Source: Schmidtea polychroa (Eukaryota). Taken from it: a DNA stretch of 64,000 nucleotides. Below are positions 49,302 through 62,999 of this stretch, piece by piece. The notes below the pieces were generated by a model. It worked only from the letters and a program-made list of their open reading frames with translations. It was not told the origin of the DNA and ran no database searches. The stretch lies in assembly GCA_044892525.1 (NCBI GenBank), contig CM097887.1, forward strand, positions 72,912,001-72,976,000, written 5' to 3'. The first letter of the stretch is position 1. Every line of letters starts with the position of its first letter. Made by a program: the position numbers and the translations under genes.

Positions 49302-49345
49302 CTATATTTCAAAATTAATTATTTTAAATTAATGAAAATGGCTAC

Positions 49346-50047
49346 CAGGTTTTCCATTATTTCCATTGTTGCCTCTTGCTCCTGATATTCCAATTTGACC
49401 TCGTTGTCCCTCTGGGCCCGGACTTCCTGGAATACCTTTCTCCCCAACCGGACCGACTGGTCCTCTCTTTCCTCTGGGTCCCGCTGAGCCTACAAATCCC
49501 GTATTGCCTCTATTTCCTCTTTTTCCCTGTGGCCCAGGTGGTCCATTGATTCCAGGATTTCCCGGAGATCCAATGGGACCAGGAGGTCCTACATTTCCTT
49601 GGGGGCCTACAGGTCCTTCTTTCCCAGTTGGACCTGGATCACCCATTTCTCCGTGTTCTCCAATTTCACCCGGTGGACCTATTGGACCCATTTTACCATC
49701 TGGTCCAGTTGGACCGGGAGGACCATTTGGTCCAGGAAACCCAGGAAATCCATCTGATCCTGGACTACCCGCTCTTCCATTTTCTCCTGTTGGTCCATCT
49801 TTACCACGAGCACCAATAGAACCTCTTTGACCAGCAGGACCTTTTCTCCCAGTCAATCCATTTTTCCCAGACTTCCCAGCTCTTCCTTGTTTGCCTTGCT
49901 TGCCTGTAGGCCCAATAGGACCAGTTGGCCCCTGAAGTCCTTGTTTACCCGACGATCCTCTTGGTCCTTCAGCCCCTGGTTCTCCAGGTTTGCCTGGTAA
50001 GCCTTGGGGCCCTTGCTCTCCTGTTTCACCAGAAGGTCCCCTAGGTC
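49346..50047 (-). CDS. Fibrillar collagen triple-helix exon (702 nt = 13 x 54)
   Basis: Uninterrupted Gly-X-Y; phase-1 boundaries; flanked by 42- and 44-nt introns. Confidence 0.96.
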
Positions 50048-50057
50048 CTATTTTTTA

Positions 50058-50396
<339 letters not shown>

Positions 50397-50439
50397 CTAA
50401 ATGAAACTTTAAAATTTGAAGTTTCCATAGAATACTAAC

Positions 50440-50547
50440 GATCGGCCCTGGTCTACCACGTGATCCTGAAACACCAACCGGCCCCAACTTTCCTGGAGCA
50501 CCGGATGGTCCTGCTTCTCCAGAAGGACCCGGAGGACCATTCATACC
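50440..50547 (-). CDS. Fibrillar collagen triple-helix exon (108 nt)
   Basis: GMNGPPGPSGEAGPSGAPGKLGPVGVSGSRGRPGPI, between AG and GT. Confidence 0.95.
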
Positions 50548-50943
50548 CTAAATAAAATACAATTTTAAAACATTCAAATCAATTGCAGAGCAAAGTTATA
50601 AAGAAATGGGCAATTATATGCTTAAATATTATTTCCAAGAAATCGAGAATTCTATAGTAAATATTTTTATTGAACAACATCACATCCCACAAATAATTAG
50701 ATAATTACACAATTCGAATTTCACAGGTCATCATTCAATAAATAGAAATCAAATAGTCAAATTGTATATTTCTAAATAAAACATTTATATTTTTTTATGG
50801 TTGTCATGGATACGGCAACGATTGAACCTATTGACGGTTTTATGTGTATGACGAAAAATAAATTATATACATATGAGAAATTTATGTTAACAACTGATTT
50901 GTTGTACGGCTTAATTCATAGCTAGTTTAAATACATGACTTAC

Positions 50944-51357
50944 GAATGTTCCAGGAGGACCCATGATACCATCTAATCCTTTTGGACCCCTCAGTCCAAT
51001 TTTCCCCATAAGTCCTGTTTCTCCGACTGGGCCGATAGATCCCTTGACTCCAGGAGGGCCAACTTCACCAGGAGAGCCAGGTTTCCCGTCTTTACCAGCC
51101 TTTCCATCTTTACCATTGTTTCCAGGAGAACCTTCAAAACCAGGTGGACCCGGTGGACCATCAGGTCCTATTGGACCAGGCTGACCAACTTTTCCTGCAA
51201 TACCAGGAAATCCCATTGGACCGGGACTGCCTGAAGGACCTTCTGATCCATCCTCTCCAGGTGGACCCTGTTCTCCAAGGTCTCCACTATCTCCGGCAAC
51301 TCCAGTTATTCCAGTTCTACCTCTACTTCCTTTGTCTCCAGGACTTCCAACTGGACC
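50944..51357 (-). CDS. Fibrillar collagen triple-helix exon (414 nt)
   Basis: GPVGSP...GPPGTF|gtaagt. Confidence 0.96.
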
Positions 51358-51398
51358 CTGTTTAACATTAATAGTATTAATTTACTAAACAATCTTAC

Positions 51399-51722
51399 TA
51401 AAGGACCTCTGATCCCTCCCGGTCCCATTACACCCATTGCACCGGTATTTCCAGGCAATCCCCTCACACCAGGTGAGCCCATATTCCCCTTAGGACCAAC
51501 TGAACCTTTTGCTCCGGGATGACCATTTGTTCCGAAAACTCCATTTTCTCCCCTAGGTCCTGGAGATCCATTTAGACCAGGTTTTCCCATTGGTCCTGGA
51601 GATCCTCTAGATCCAGCTTCCCCTTGGCTTCCTGGATTACCATGTAGACCATCTTTCCCGGGAATTCCATCAGTTCCGGGGTTTCCGGGGCTACCATCAG
51701 GTCCAGATTCACCTCGGGATCC
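51399..51722 (-). CDS. Fibrillar collagen triple-helix exon (324 nt = 6 x 54)
   Basis: GSRGES...GIRGPL|gtaaga; 41-nt intron downstream. Confidence 0.96.
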
Positions 51723-52165
51723 CTAAAATTTTTAAATATGTCACGTAGAACCTTAATAGAAAAATTAATGATAGATACAAGAATACATAGCCAGAGATTA
51801 CTTAACGGGCAAAAACATCTTATCCAGACACCTCATTTACACACTCGCTGACATATTATATATTTATATAATTTCCATAAAAAATATTGAAAATAGTAAT
51901 CAAGATTATTGAAATAAACATTACAAATATACTCTAAATTTTTCTCATTAATTTCTTAATAATATAATAAAAATTTAGAAAAGAGATATAGCGTAATACT
52001 GCGAGTAGTTCTATGACAAACTAATAAAAATAACATTCGTTAACAAATTAATATCATTTCTTGACCAATCTCCTCCATGCCTGTCCTACTAAATCTATCT
52101 ATACATACTGGCTGCTTTTTAATATTACTATTGATCGATTGGCTAACGTGAAACTCAATATTTAC

Positions 52166-52453
52166 TTTATTGCCTGCCGGTCCTACTACGCCCCGTTCTC
52201 CTCTAGGGCCTTCATCGCCGGTTTCACCCGGCCTTCCTGGATCTCCCTTCTGACCCTTTGGCCCAGCAGATCCCTGCTTACCCTCTATACCTATAGGGCC
52301 TTCCTCGCCTTGTGATCCTTTCGGTCCTGATAAACCTGGATTTCCTGACGGTCCTCTCTGTCCTCTTTGGCCAACCTTTCCAACAGGACCTTGTGGACCA
52401 ACGATGCCAGCCTCACCTCGTGAGCCCGGCCTTCCGTCAACTCCTGGATATCC
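52166..52453 (-). CDS. Fibrillar collagen triple-helix exon (288 nt)
   Basis: GYPGVDGRP...GPAGNK|gtaaaa. Not in the ORF track because it has no start codon. Confidence 0.95.
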
Positions 52454-52504
52454 CTAAATATATTTTATAAATATATTTTTCTACAAAAATATTTCAAATT
52501 TTAC

Positions 52505-52801
52505 CGGAGGTCCCAAAGAACCTGTCGGACCAGTCTTTCCTGCTATACCTGGATTTCCAGAATCTCCTTTAGCACCTTTGATTCCACTCTCACCCCTGAC
52601 ACCTTTGTTTCCAATTTCTCCGGGGATTCCCGACTGTCCCGGAGGTCCAATAGCGCCTTGTGGTCCTGGTGATCCTGGAACCCCATCAGTGCCTTGTTTT
52701 CCTCTCTCACCAGTCGGTCCCTGTATACCAGCAGGACCAACTCGACCAGCGGGTCCTCGTAAACCTTGCGGGCCTTGTAAACCAGGTTCCCCATTCGATC
52801 C
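52505..52801 (-). CDS. Fibrillar collagen triple-helix exon (297 nt)
   Basis: GSNGEPGLQ...GSLGPP|gtaaaa. Confidence 0.95.
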
Positions 52802-52846
52802 CTTTATTTCTTTTCATTATCTATCATATTGTGTATAGAATTTTAC

Positions 52847-53202
52847 TTTCAATCCTGGTAATCCAATGTCTCCTTTATCCCCTGTTAAACCTCGATTACC
52901 CTGAGGCCCAGTTCCTCCTTCGGGCCCAATAGGACCACCTAATCCTGGTTCACCACGAGGACCGATGGGTCCAACAACGCCATGACTGCCAGGTGTACCA
53001 TCTTTACCTGGAATACCCGAAGCTCCTGGTTTTCCTGATTTTCCTCTGGCACCATCTCTTCCTGGAGGCCCAATAGGTCCTAAAGCTCCCGCATCTCCAG
53101 GAGGTCCAGGTTTTCCCATAGGACCCGGATCACCTCGAGGGCCTTGGCTTCCTTTCGCTTGATTCGGAGATGTTGCTTGTCTTTTCAATCTGTTTAACTT
53201 TT
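52847..53202 (-). CDS. Fibrillar collagen exon with furin site (RLKR) and start of the triple helix
   Basis: [25 protein letters not shown]...GLK|gt. The acceptor could be 53202 or 53189. Confidence 0.9.
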
Positions 53203-53323
53203 CTAATAAAATAAAATATGCTATTTTTGCAAATTTCAAAGTTTTCAATAATTTTAATTTAAATTCATAACTATTCTTTGTGTATAATTTGAGCACAATT
53301 TTATAAATTTTGTAGGCATAAAC

Positions 53324-53428
53324 CTTGACGATTTAATTTCATTCATTGTGTAAATCACAACTAGAGATATTAAACAAAATAATATTAACACGTGAATAAA
53401 TACAAATCAATTCTTTTTTAATTAACAT
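53324..53428 (-). CDS. Candidate signal-peptide exon of the collagen (frame problem)
   Basis: ATG at 53428 and hydrophobic [19 protein letters not shown] lie one base out of frame; donor AG|GTTTAT at 53323. Confidence 0.35.
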
Positions 53429-56400
53429 TTCAAATTACAAATTTCGCACTGAATTTAACACACTGAACTAAAACAGCGAAATGTAATAAATCAATCTTTA
53501 AAAAGTCATTGAAGAAAAATTAAAAATATTTTGGATACATTTTTCTAATTAAATACAAGCAAACAATAGAAAAAATTATTAACTAACCATTTATGAAAAG
53601 TATAAAATTTGAAGAAAATTTAAAAACCTTCGGCTGTTAACTAATTAAAAATAATTTTTATAAACAACGGTAAATTTATATTAATTTATATTTATTGACG
53701 AGTAATATTACGCAAGTGAGAATATGTGTATAACAAATATAAAATCATACTTACAAGTTTGAAAGATTTTTAAAAATCTTAACAAGTTATAACATCTACC
53801 GTAATACAAAATGTTCTTATGAAAGGATCAAAATTTTAAATAATTTGGTGATTAGAGTTTTTCACTTAGCGTGATGTTGTAAATTTAATTGTTTTTATTT
53901 AAACCGGTTGTACTTGGGGTCATTTTGATACGTGGAACCAACAACTCGACAAGTTATCATATATTAATTTATGTATTACAAGAATATATACAAAATTAAT
54001 ATACAAAATGTAATTTTTACTTTTCTGTCGCTGCTCGAGTTTTGATCATATATTGTGTGGCAAATGATAGCCAAATTTTAAGTGCAAACGGTTAAAAGTT
54101 TTTCATTTTAAATTGATTATTTTCATTTAAATTACGACTGTAGATCATTGTATTTTTATACTTAAGACAAATTTCTGGAACAGCCTTAATTTTGTGCCGA
54201 AAGTATTGTGTGAAATAAGTAAAAACTAGTAATCAGTAGTTGAAATCTAAACTAGGATAAATGAAATTCTTAAAGTAAACTGATCAAAGGTGAATAAACG
54301 ATTTTACATCTTTAATGTAATAGTGATGATGATGTCACCTTTTATAAAGTTAGTTATGATTATGCTGATAAAGATAAATGTAAACTACAAACAAGAATCG
54401 TAACCAACATAATAAATAAATAGACCATCGAAATTCAACATGCAATAGATACTAAAAAGCCTTAGGTAATTCATATCAAGTTAGTAAAAGAAAAATTCAC
54501 CAATATTGAATTTGTTTGCAATTTTCTTCAGATTTTAAAGGAACGAAAACTTGAAACACTGAAATTTGATCAATATTTCATAATACTATTACTTATTATT
54601 CAGATTCTATTGCTGACGAAGAAATCTTAGAAACATTTTCATGTGAGAAGTTCGACATCTCAATTAATAAAAATAATAAAATTCATTTCATATCTTTAGT
54701 AAAACAAGACGTCTTCTATTGATTATATAAAAACAAACTATCGAGAATACTCATTTGTTAATCTTGAACAATTTTCCTGTCATAATATGTGTCAAAAACG
54801 ATAACATCAAGGTCTCTGCACAAAAGAACCTTAACAGAACCAAATCGACTCAACATATTTGGTACCTATATGCTCATTTTGTTGCAGCACCCCATAAAAA
54901 ATTTGGTGACACCTAAAAATTGATATTGTATTTTACATGTATCTTCATTATTATCATTCAACAAATCGACTTATTTAATTAATTACACATGTCGAAAAAA
55001 TATTGCTTTATAATTATTTAAAAATTAGTAAAATCAATTAATTAAAAACACACACATATATATATATAATAAGAACTTTTTTCAAATTTCACCACTGATT
55101 TCTTTTCCATTGACATTGTATTTATTAAAAAGCTTGACTATGAATCAGTAAATATATCAATGTTTCTGTCATTCACGAATTTTCGACACTGCTTTTAAAG
55201 CCAAAATTTTGATTTTTCTACCAAAATTTCTGTTTTTAAAAAGCTTTCATATTCTCTTTCTGCATTATTTTTACTGCTCTTTATTTCTGTCAGATTAGAA
55301 GTTACTTGATCGTGCTGAATATTTTAATTTAAAGGCGTTTCATGTATGACACCAAAAAATTATTTAAAGTTAACGTTTTCTGCAACATTTTCTCTTTCCC
55401 TTGCTTTTGTATATTTCATTTCCATCTCAAATTTCCACAAAATTTATATTTTTCCATAATAAAATTCTAATAAAATAAACATAATATGAAACATAGTTTT
55501 TTAAATATGTTACTTTTTTTATCTTTCAACAAATCGACTTATTTAATTAATCATTCACACTTTACATAAAGTTTAATTTTGCTACCTTGCTTATTGCATT
55601 GTAATTTATATATATATATATTTGCAATTTATATATACAACTATTACCACATATAACTCTATTGATGAAATATCCATGAAATCTTAAAAAAATTAATTAT
55701 TATTTTTTAATTATTTGGCGTCTGTGTTCTGTAGAGCAGTTAGCTCTGAACAGAATTCTGAGTAATGTTTTAAAGTACATTTCAAATAATGAATCTATAG
55801 TCTTAATGGCTTATGACACTTCTGCAGTTACTAATGGCTCTAAAATGGTTTATCAAGTAAATCTGCCTTCAAGTATCGAATGTGTCGGTTGTCAATAAAA
55901 AAACCCAACAAGATCAAACGTTGAAAGACTTGAAGGTTTTGCAACTATTGAAACCAGTAAAGCAATTCATTGTTGCTGCCAAATTATATCCAGCAATACA
56001 CATCAAAAAGCTCCGTGAATACTTCCAAAATGAAAGATTTGTGAAGCATGTGGGTAGAGTGAATTTTATTTAAAGGGGATTCCGTCAACAAATCATTACA
56101 AGTTTTAGGAGAAAGAATTTACTATTTATATGTGTATATATCGTATTTTCATATATTTCAAAAGCAACATGAAAAAGTTAGTAACACCTGGCTATGGGCT
56201 ATGAGGCTTTTTGATATCTTGCTATATATTGTTATATCTAAATACGTTATAAATATTTCGATGAATAAATTTTTAGTTGTTTTAAATAAATTATGTAAAT
56301 TAATTTAAACTCTTAAATANNNNNNNNNNNNNNNNNNNNNNNNNNNNNNNNNNNNNNNNNNNNNNNNNNNNNNNNNNNNNNNNNNNNNNNNNNNNNNNNN

Positions 56401-57881
56401 NNNNNNNNNNNNNNNNNNNNNNNNNNNNNNNNNNNNNNNNNNNNNNNNNNNNNNNNNNNNNNNNNNNNNNNNNNNNNNNNNNNNNNNNNNNNNNNNNNNN
56501 NNNNNNNNNNNNNNNNNNNNNNNNNNNNNNNNNNNNNNNNNNNNNNNNNNNNNNNNTTGTAATTCCATTATTTTCTGTTTATATCGAAGATGAGCCTATG
56601 TTGAAAATTGAAAGTTAAATGAAAAATTCCTATAAAAATCCTATAAGTCCTATAAGTCATATTTAGTTTAAATGCGAAAGTCTTAGTTTAAAATATAAAA
56701 ATTGTATCAAATTATTCAAAACTATTTCACTTTGATAAAAAAATTAAAAAATTTTAATTAATTTTCCTATTTTGCAATTATTATGCCTAAAGCCTTTTTA
56801 TAATGATATTTTATAGAGAAAACACTGATTTACACTTCATAAATTTATAACATATCTATCATTCTTTTCTGGTAAAGGCTATTTCAAACCAAAAGTTTGG
56901 TTTATTTATTAAATCTTTTAAAGATTTTTTGCAAATAATCTTGTCTTATATTATTAAATGGATAAAAACTTTTCATTATTTTATTTTGGTAGTAGTTAAA
57001 AAAAATTAATTAGATATTATTTTATTTATTAAATAAATTTATTAATTCAAAGGGTAAATGTATTTTGTACATCATATTTTATACATCATATATTATATTA
57101 TAAACAAATTTTACATATTTAATCATATTCGGTATATGATATACCTTTAAAACAATAGTTATTAAAATAATTAATTGACCCAGAATTATTATTTTTAATG
57201 CAAATTACTTGAACAAAATAGCATTTATGTCAAATAAAAATTGCCTCAATCATTAAAGAAGATTATCTAGTAATAATAGAAATATTTTTGAGATTTTCAA
57301 AAAAATAAAATTCATAAACTCATTTTATAAAATATAAATAAAATATAAACTCACATAAAATATATAATAAAATATAAACTCACCTTCTGCTCTGACATTA
57401 ATCGCGACACATAGAACAAACAATAGATAATAAAAGAGAGAATTCCACATTTCCCTAATAGTAATTTATCCTACGAACTGGAATGTTTAAAATTCCAAAA
57501 TTTATCAATGTCACTAGGAAGTTATCCTTTGAAAAATCTTTGATTTTCAATATCGACTATCAAAATTGACGAGAAAATTCGATTGGAATAAATGAATTTT
57601 ATTGGAATTGAAGCAATTTTACAACTTCAATTTCAATTCGATACATACATTCGCTTATGTCCTCAGAAGAAAACACAAGCTGGCAATGTGTGCCGTGTAA
57701 ATGTTATTGACGAGACTGTGATATTTAGCGAAGCGATTTTCTCGCCTGTATATTCTTGATTTTATTCAGCTTATAATTCTAACCTTTAATCATTATTGAT
57801 CGATGAAAATGCATTCAAAAATATATCAAATCAATCAAAAACAAATCCATTTATTTAAATCAAATAATTATCTTAAAAGAA

Positions 57882-58048
57882 TCATTGTTCTGCTAGCAAC
57901 GATTTGTGAGTGAAGCTTAATTTACCCTGAGAAAAATCTTGAACACAGTGCCCTTTACCCCGCAAGATCCATTTTGATGTCAAGAGACCATCGACACCAA
58001 CTGGACCTCTAGCATGAATTCTCGATGTACTTATTCCAACCTCAGCTC
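57882..58048 (-). CDS. ALDH18A1: Delta-1-pyrroline-5-carboxylate synthase (GPR domain) terminal exon
   Basis: (G)[30 protein letters not shown]...LLAEQ*. Confidence 0.95.
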
Positions 58049-58729
58049 CTGGAATATATTAAAAAGCCAGTAATTTATTCTCAATAACGAATATAATTCA
58101 TAAAATTTATCTTTGAAAATTCCAATATTCGTAAAATGGTTCAGACCGACTATTGAGGATAAGTTTTATTATACTCGCCTCTTAGTTTTTGTCAGATGAG
58201 ACCATAATATATTGTACCACTGATCTTTCTATTGTAGTTTATATATACTCTTTATGGTTTAATTTAAATATCAACCCAAAATGTATATTTGAAACTTCGA
58301 AAATTATATATTTTAAATTCAGTTAATTTTCTCAAATTATAAAATTTTGTTTTATCTTGCATCCGAATTCGAAGATTAGTCCCTTAAGTATATTGTACTG
58401 AAAATAATAACCTTAAAGAGTCTCCAAAATTAAAATATTCTTTAAATATTTTCTTTTATACCATCCACATACCTGTTTTGATTATAATTGTTCATCATGA
58501 ACACCTCATTCCTAATTTTTATTGTAACGNNNNNNNNNNNNNNNNNNNNNNNNNNNNNNNNNNNNNNNNNNNNNNNNNNNNNNNNNNNNNNNNNNNNNNN
58601 NNNNNNNNNNNNNNNNNNNNNNNNNNNNNNNNNNNNNNNNNNNNNNNNNNNNNNNNNNNNNNNNNNNNNNNNNNNNNNNNNNNNNNNNNCTGATTCATCA
58701 ACATGGGATAAACTACATAATAATCTAAC

Positions 58730-58825
58730 CTAGTCCAAATCGATATCCATCAGCGAATCGCGTACTCGCATTGTGAAACACGCAAGCACTATCAACATTT
58801 TGTAGGAAAGTAGAAGCTGTTGATT
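58730..58825 (-). CDS. ALDH18A1: P5CS exon
   Basis: (E)[31 protein letters not shown](G); phase 1/1. Confidence 0.96.
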   Translation of the reverse strand, partial: NQQLLLSYKMLIVLACFTMRVRDSLMDIDLD

Positions 58826-59379
58826 CTAAAAATTATACAAAAATTTTAAATGTCAATTTTCTATTATTTATTTCTTAAAAAATTAAACAATTATTATATA
58901 TTTTTAAAAAGTAAAAACTTTGGAAAAATTATTTAAATTTCTTAAATTACATTTTATTATAATATTAAATCCAAATGTTATTAAACAATTTTTAGTTAAT
59001 ATTTATTATTAGTAAAATTCTTTATTATTAAAAATAATTAAAATTATTATGTTTCATCTAAAACAAAAATAATAGTTTATACTTGAGATAATTTATCTAA
59101 AATTTAAATTAATATTTAATCATTTTAATTTAACATTAATCAATATTTATTTTGATTAATTATTTTGGAATAATTATAAACTGTTACGATAGTTTATTTT
59201 AATAATAATTTTTATCAAATTTTAACTTCACCTCGTTTTTAATTTACTCATTAAATTTTATACTTAACGAATTCTAAATTTTTCAACTCTGCTTTATCCT
59301 TATAAATTTGTACTGAAAATATTCAGATTTCCATATTTAATTTCTTAAAAATTCCCTTATAATCTTACTACGGATAAAT

Positions 59380-59660
59380 AAACAACTCTATCTTAACCAG
59401 TATTTCATAACTCTTATTTTAATACTGGTATATTTTATACATGCCTTGTTCACTATCTAATCAGCCTTACGATTTTTACCTAATCTTGTCTCTCTGTTCA
59501 TGTATTGATCACTTAAACTATTCACCCATTCTAATATTGTCAATTCACTATTAATGAACTCTAGAGTCTACCATTCTCTCACATTTGACCACTCTCACAA
59601 CTCATTACATCATTAAATGCCCACTCTGGCTTTGTACATTCTTGGAAACCCGATGATTAC
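59380..59660 (-). mobile_element. Possible RTE-type LINE 3' relic
   Basis: Degenerate RMYKARV...LTILEWVNSL...ETRLGKNRKAD*IVNK...MKYW, loosely like the RTE C-terminus. Confidence 0.3.
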
Positions 59661-60361
59661 GTAGTTGTTTTGATTTATTAAAATTTGTTGTACGAGGATT
59701 GTGAAAAATATACAGGGTTAGTAAGCTGGTGCGTTCCTAATAAAATACTTATATGAATGAAGATTTATATAATTTTAAATTTCTATTTGAAAATTTAATT
59801 TAAATTTGTTTGAGTATATGTTAATTATATTTCGTCAACATCAAAATTAATGGATGAAACTGATGGGAAACCGCTTGAAAAACCAATTTACGTATATTTT
59901 ATAATAGCATGTGATAAACCCGTTTTAGTACATGGTAATATTTAGAAATACTCTTAATATAATTATTTACTCGTTCCTTTCGGGTTAAAAACTCACCACT
60001 ACTCGTCTTATTGATATAGGAGTCAACAAAATGATTATAATTTTATTATATTCAAAATTTTTATTTTTTGCATTTACTTTTCTCGTTTTCTAATAAAATT
60101 ACTGACACTTATTTCATATAAATTATTAAGTTACTTTAATAATTAAAGTATTTCCATAAATCCGATATTAATAGTGAATACTTTATTAGCTGTTCGAATT
60201 AGTCTTTTATGTGGTTTACTATAGAACCATACTCTAAACATTGCAACATAAATGACAATTCTTTGTAGCGTTTGTACTTTTGATCTACCTGTTGTCGAAT
60301 AATATTTTGTTAATTTATAATTTTACCAAAGTCATCGAAAACACATTATCAGAAATCTAAC

Positions 60362-60551
60362 CGTTTTCTGTGACTATCGCATCAGTGTGTTGGCTTCCGA
60401 AAATACGGATATGGTCAATGGCATCATTTACATTATCCACAACTTCCATTGTACAACTTAGAGATCCGTATTCCTTTTTCATCTGTGTCGCAAGCTGAGC
60501 GTTGTAAAATTTCAGGGACTTTGCCAACTTTGGGCCAGAAAATATTTGAAC
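60362..60551 (-). CDS. ALDH18A1: P5CS exon
   Basis: VQIFSGPKLAK...EYGSLSCTMEVVDNVNDAIDHIRIFGSQHTDAIVTEN. Confidence 0.95.
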
Positions 60552-61676
60552 CTTATTAGGACAATTAATTGAATATGAACACACCATAATAGATTAGAGA
60601 AATTATATAAGAAATGTAAAGCGACTTTGAGGTTTTTGATTTGAAATAAATTATTAAATAGAAAATGTTGATTCAATTGGAAAGGAGAGGGGGTAATGAC
60701 AATAAAAAATATATTTATTTATAATAATAAAATATTTATTATGAATTTTAGTTTTTTTATTTATTATTTCCTTAACATGATTTTCTGATAATAAAGAATG
60801 GTTTTACATATTTCTGAGAAAAAGTATTAAAAAAATAAAATTTATTAGATAATAATTTTAAACTATTTAATAAAATATTTAGCAGAAACCAGTAAAAATA
60901 CATGTGATTTTCTCTAGATAATATTTTAATAAATCTTTAAAATATATAATACAAAAATTAAAGTTATCATATGAACGAAGATTTATTAACCGATTCAATA
61001 CGTGGGGAACTTATCATCCTAACATAAAACGTTGACAAATAATTGTTTAATGCAGTGGTACCAATCTTTTTATACTCACTACCCATTTAAAAAGATTTTT
61101 CAGAATAAGTATCACATTCAAAGCATTTTAAAATATGATTAAATATTGAACCACTAGTTTCAAGCATTGATACTGATGTCAGAATAAAACCAATTTCCTG
61201 TTGAAAATTGGAGTACTACTTAGTATAATCCAAATTTAAGAGCATTTGACGAAATGTCGATGACTCTCACATCTACTGAAACTCAACACAATTCACCTAC
61301 TTGATATAAAGACACAACAGGCCACCTCACCCTCTGATATCGGTTCCAAAACACTCCATGGATACTGGAAGACCTTATTATTAAGTATTATTATGTGATA
61401 AATATAAAAAATGTAAAATTCATAGGTAATTATTCAAAATATATTTAACATTACAGTAAAAAGATGTCCGATATACCTAAACAAGTGAAATTTAGTCTAC
61501 ATTCAGACACGCGTGTAATGAGAAAATGCAAAAGAGAGAAAATAACAAAAGTTGTAAAATAATTCCCAGCATTATCATATTTTAATTATTAATACTTTGA
61601 ACCAACTAAGCAGGTAGCTCTTGACTTGCGCCACCTCTCATTTCTTACAAGCGACAATTAATGATATTCACAAATC

Positions 61677-62075
61677 TATTTTATTTCTTCTATTATATAA
61701 AAAAATGTAATGATAATTTATTGTTAACGAAGGACCGAAGGGACCAAGGGGCATCAAAATTTATTAAGAATATCGTGAAAATCATCTATACAGTACCGTG
61801 CTGCAGTACTATTTTATTTCTTCGATTATATAAATAAATGTAATGATAATTTATTGTTAACGAAGGACCGAAGGGACCAAGGGGCATCAAAATTTATTAA
61901 GAATATCGTGAAAATCATCTATACAGTACCGTGCTGCAGTACTATTTTATTTCTTCTATTATATAAATAAATGTAATGATAATTTATTGTTAACGAAGGA
62001 CCAAAGGGACCAAGGGGCATCAAAATTTATTAAGAATATCGTGAAAATCATCTATACAGTACCGTGCTGCAGTAC
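61677..62075. repeat. Three tandem copies of a 133-bp unit in a P5CS intron
   Basis: gttaacgaaggacc recurs at 61723, 61856 and 61989. Confidence 0.95.
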
Positions 62076-62281
62076 ATTGTCAAACGGGTAGATCTTTCCG
62101 ATCAGTCATGCATTGATATTTTATAAAACGGGGAGATCCCCGATTGGTCAACAATGTGTTAACACGTGATAATTGATATTTGTTTTATTCTTTTATAAAT
62201 GTTGTTCAATTATCAAAAACAATTTTTGATCAAGAATAAAATTTAAAAATAATATTTAACAAATTATCTTATTATTATTAC

Positions 62282-62403
62282 TTGATTTTGTCCTAGCATG
62301 TCGTATAATTTGTCAAAAAATTCAGTTCCAATTAATTTTTTATGAATGAGAAGGGTTTCCATTGAATTGCAGGCAGCCGGGTAGTCGCATTTTGAATCTT
62401 GAA
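62282..62403 (-). CDS. ALDH18A1: P5CS exon (most 5' exon found in the window)
   Basis: [40 protein letters not shown]. No earlier exon was found, so they probably lie beyond 64000. Confidence 0.95.
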
Positions 62404-62999
62404 CTATGTAATTGAATAAGTAATAACTTTTTCAAGAAGTAATTTCATGATATATAATTTTTATTAGAACTTTTATCAACTACTAACGGATAACTTCTAA
62501 TAGTATAACTCCTAATAAATACTATTGGAATAGTATCTTGAACAACCATTAAAAATTTTGAATAGTGATATTTGGAGGTTTTGTATTTAAAAAATTTGTA
62601 TTTATTATTTTAAAATATTAATACTATTACTATATTCTAAAAATAATGCCAGATTTCAACATTCAAATTTATTAAAAAATAAGTGTCGACTATATAAACG
62701 TTTTCTTTTAACATTTCATTAATTTTCATAACTATTATAGATAAAATTTGTGTTATTTAGAGAAACCTTTTTGATCTATAGTCGTAAAGAAAATAAATGA
62801 AATGTTAAAAGAAAACAAAAGCCCATCAAAGGAAAACAAAAAAATAAAGGATTTTACAAATAAATAAACGTCATTAATCACAAGACAAACAATTTGATTC
62901 AACACATTTTGCCAAACGAATTCGAACCTTTTCATGCTTATAAAATAAAAGTATGGTGGACTAAAATCCAAGATATTTAAAAGTATTTTCTGCTACTTC

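Noticed and set aside
61130-61380. Possible extra P5CS exon
   Set aside because: Exons 62403-62282 and 60551-60362 already join in phase with contiguous P5CS sequence (…GQNQ|VQIFSG…); this stretch has stops in all frames.
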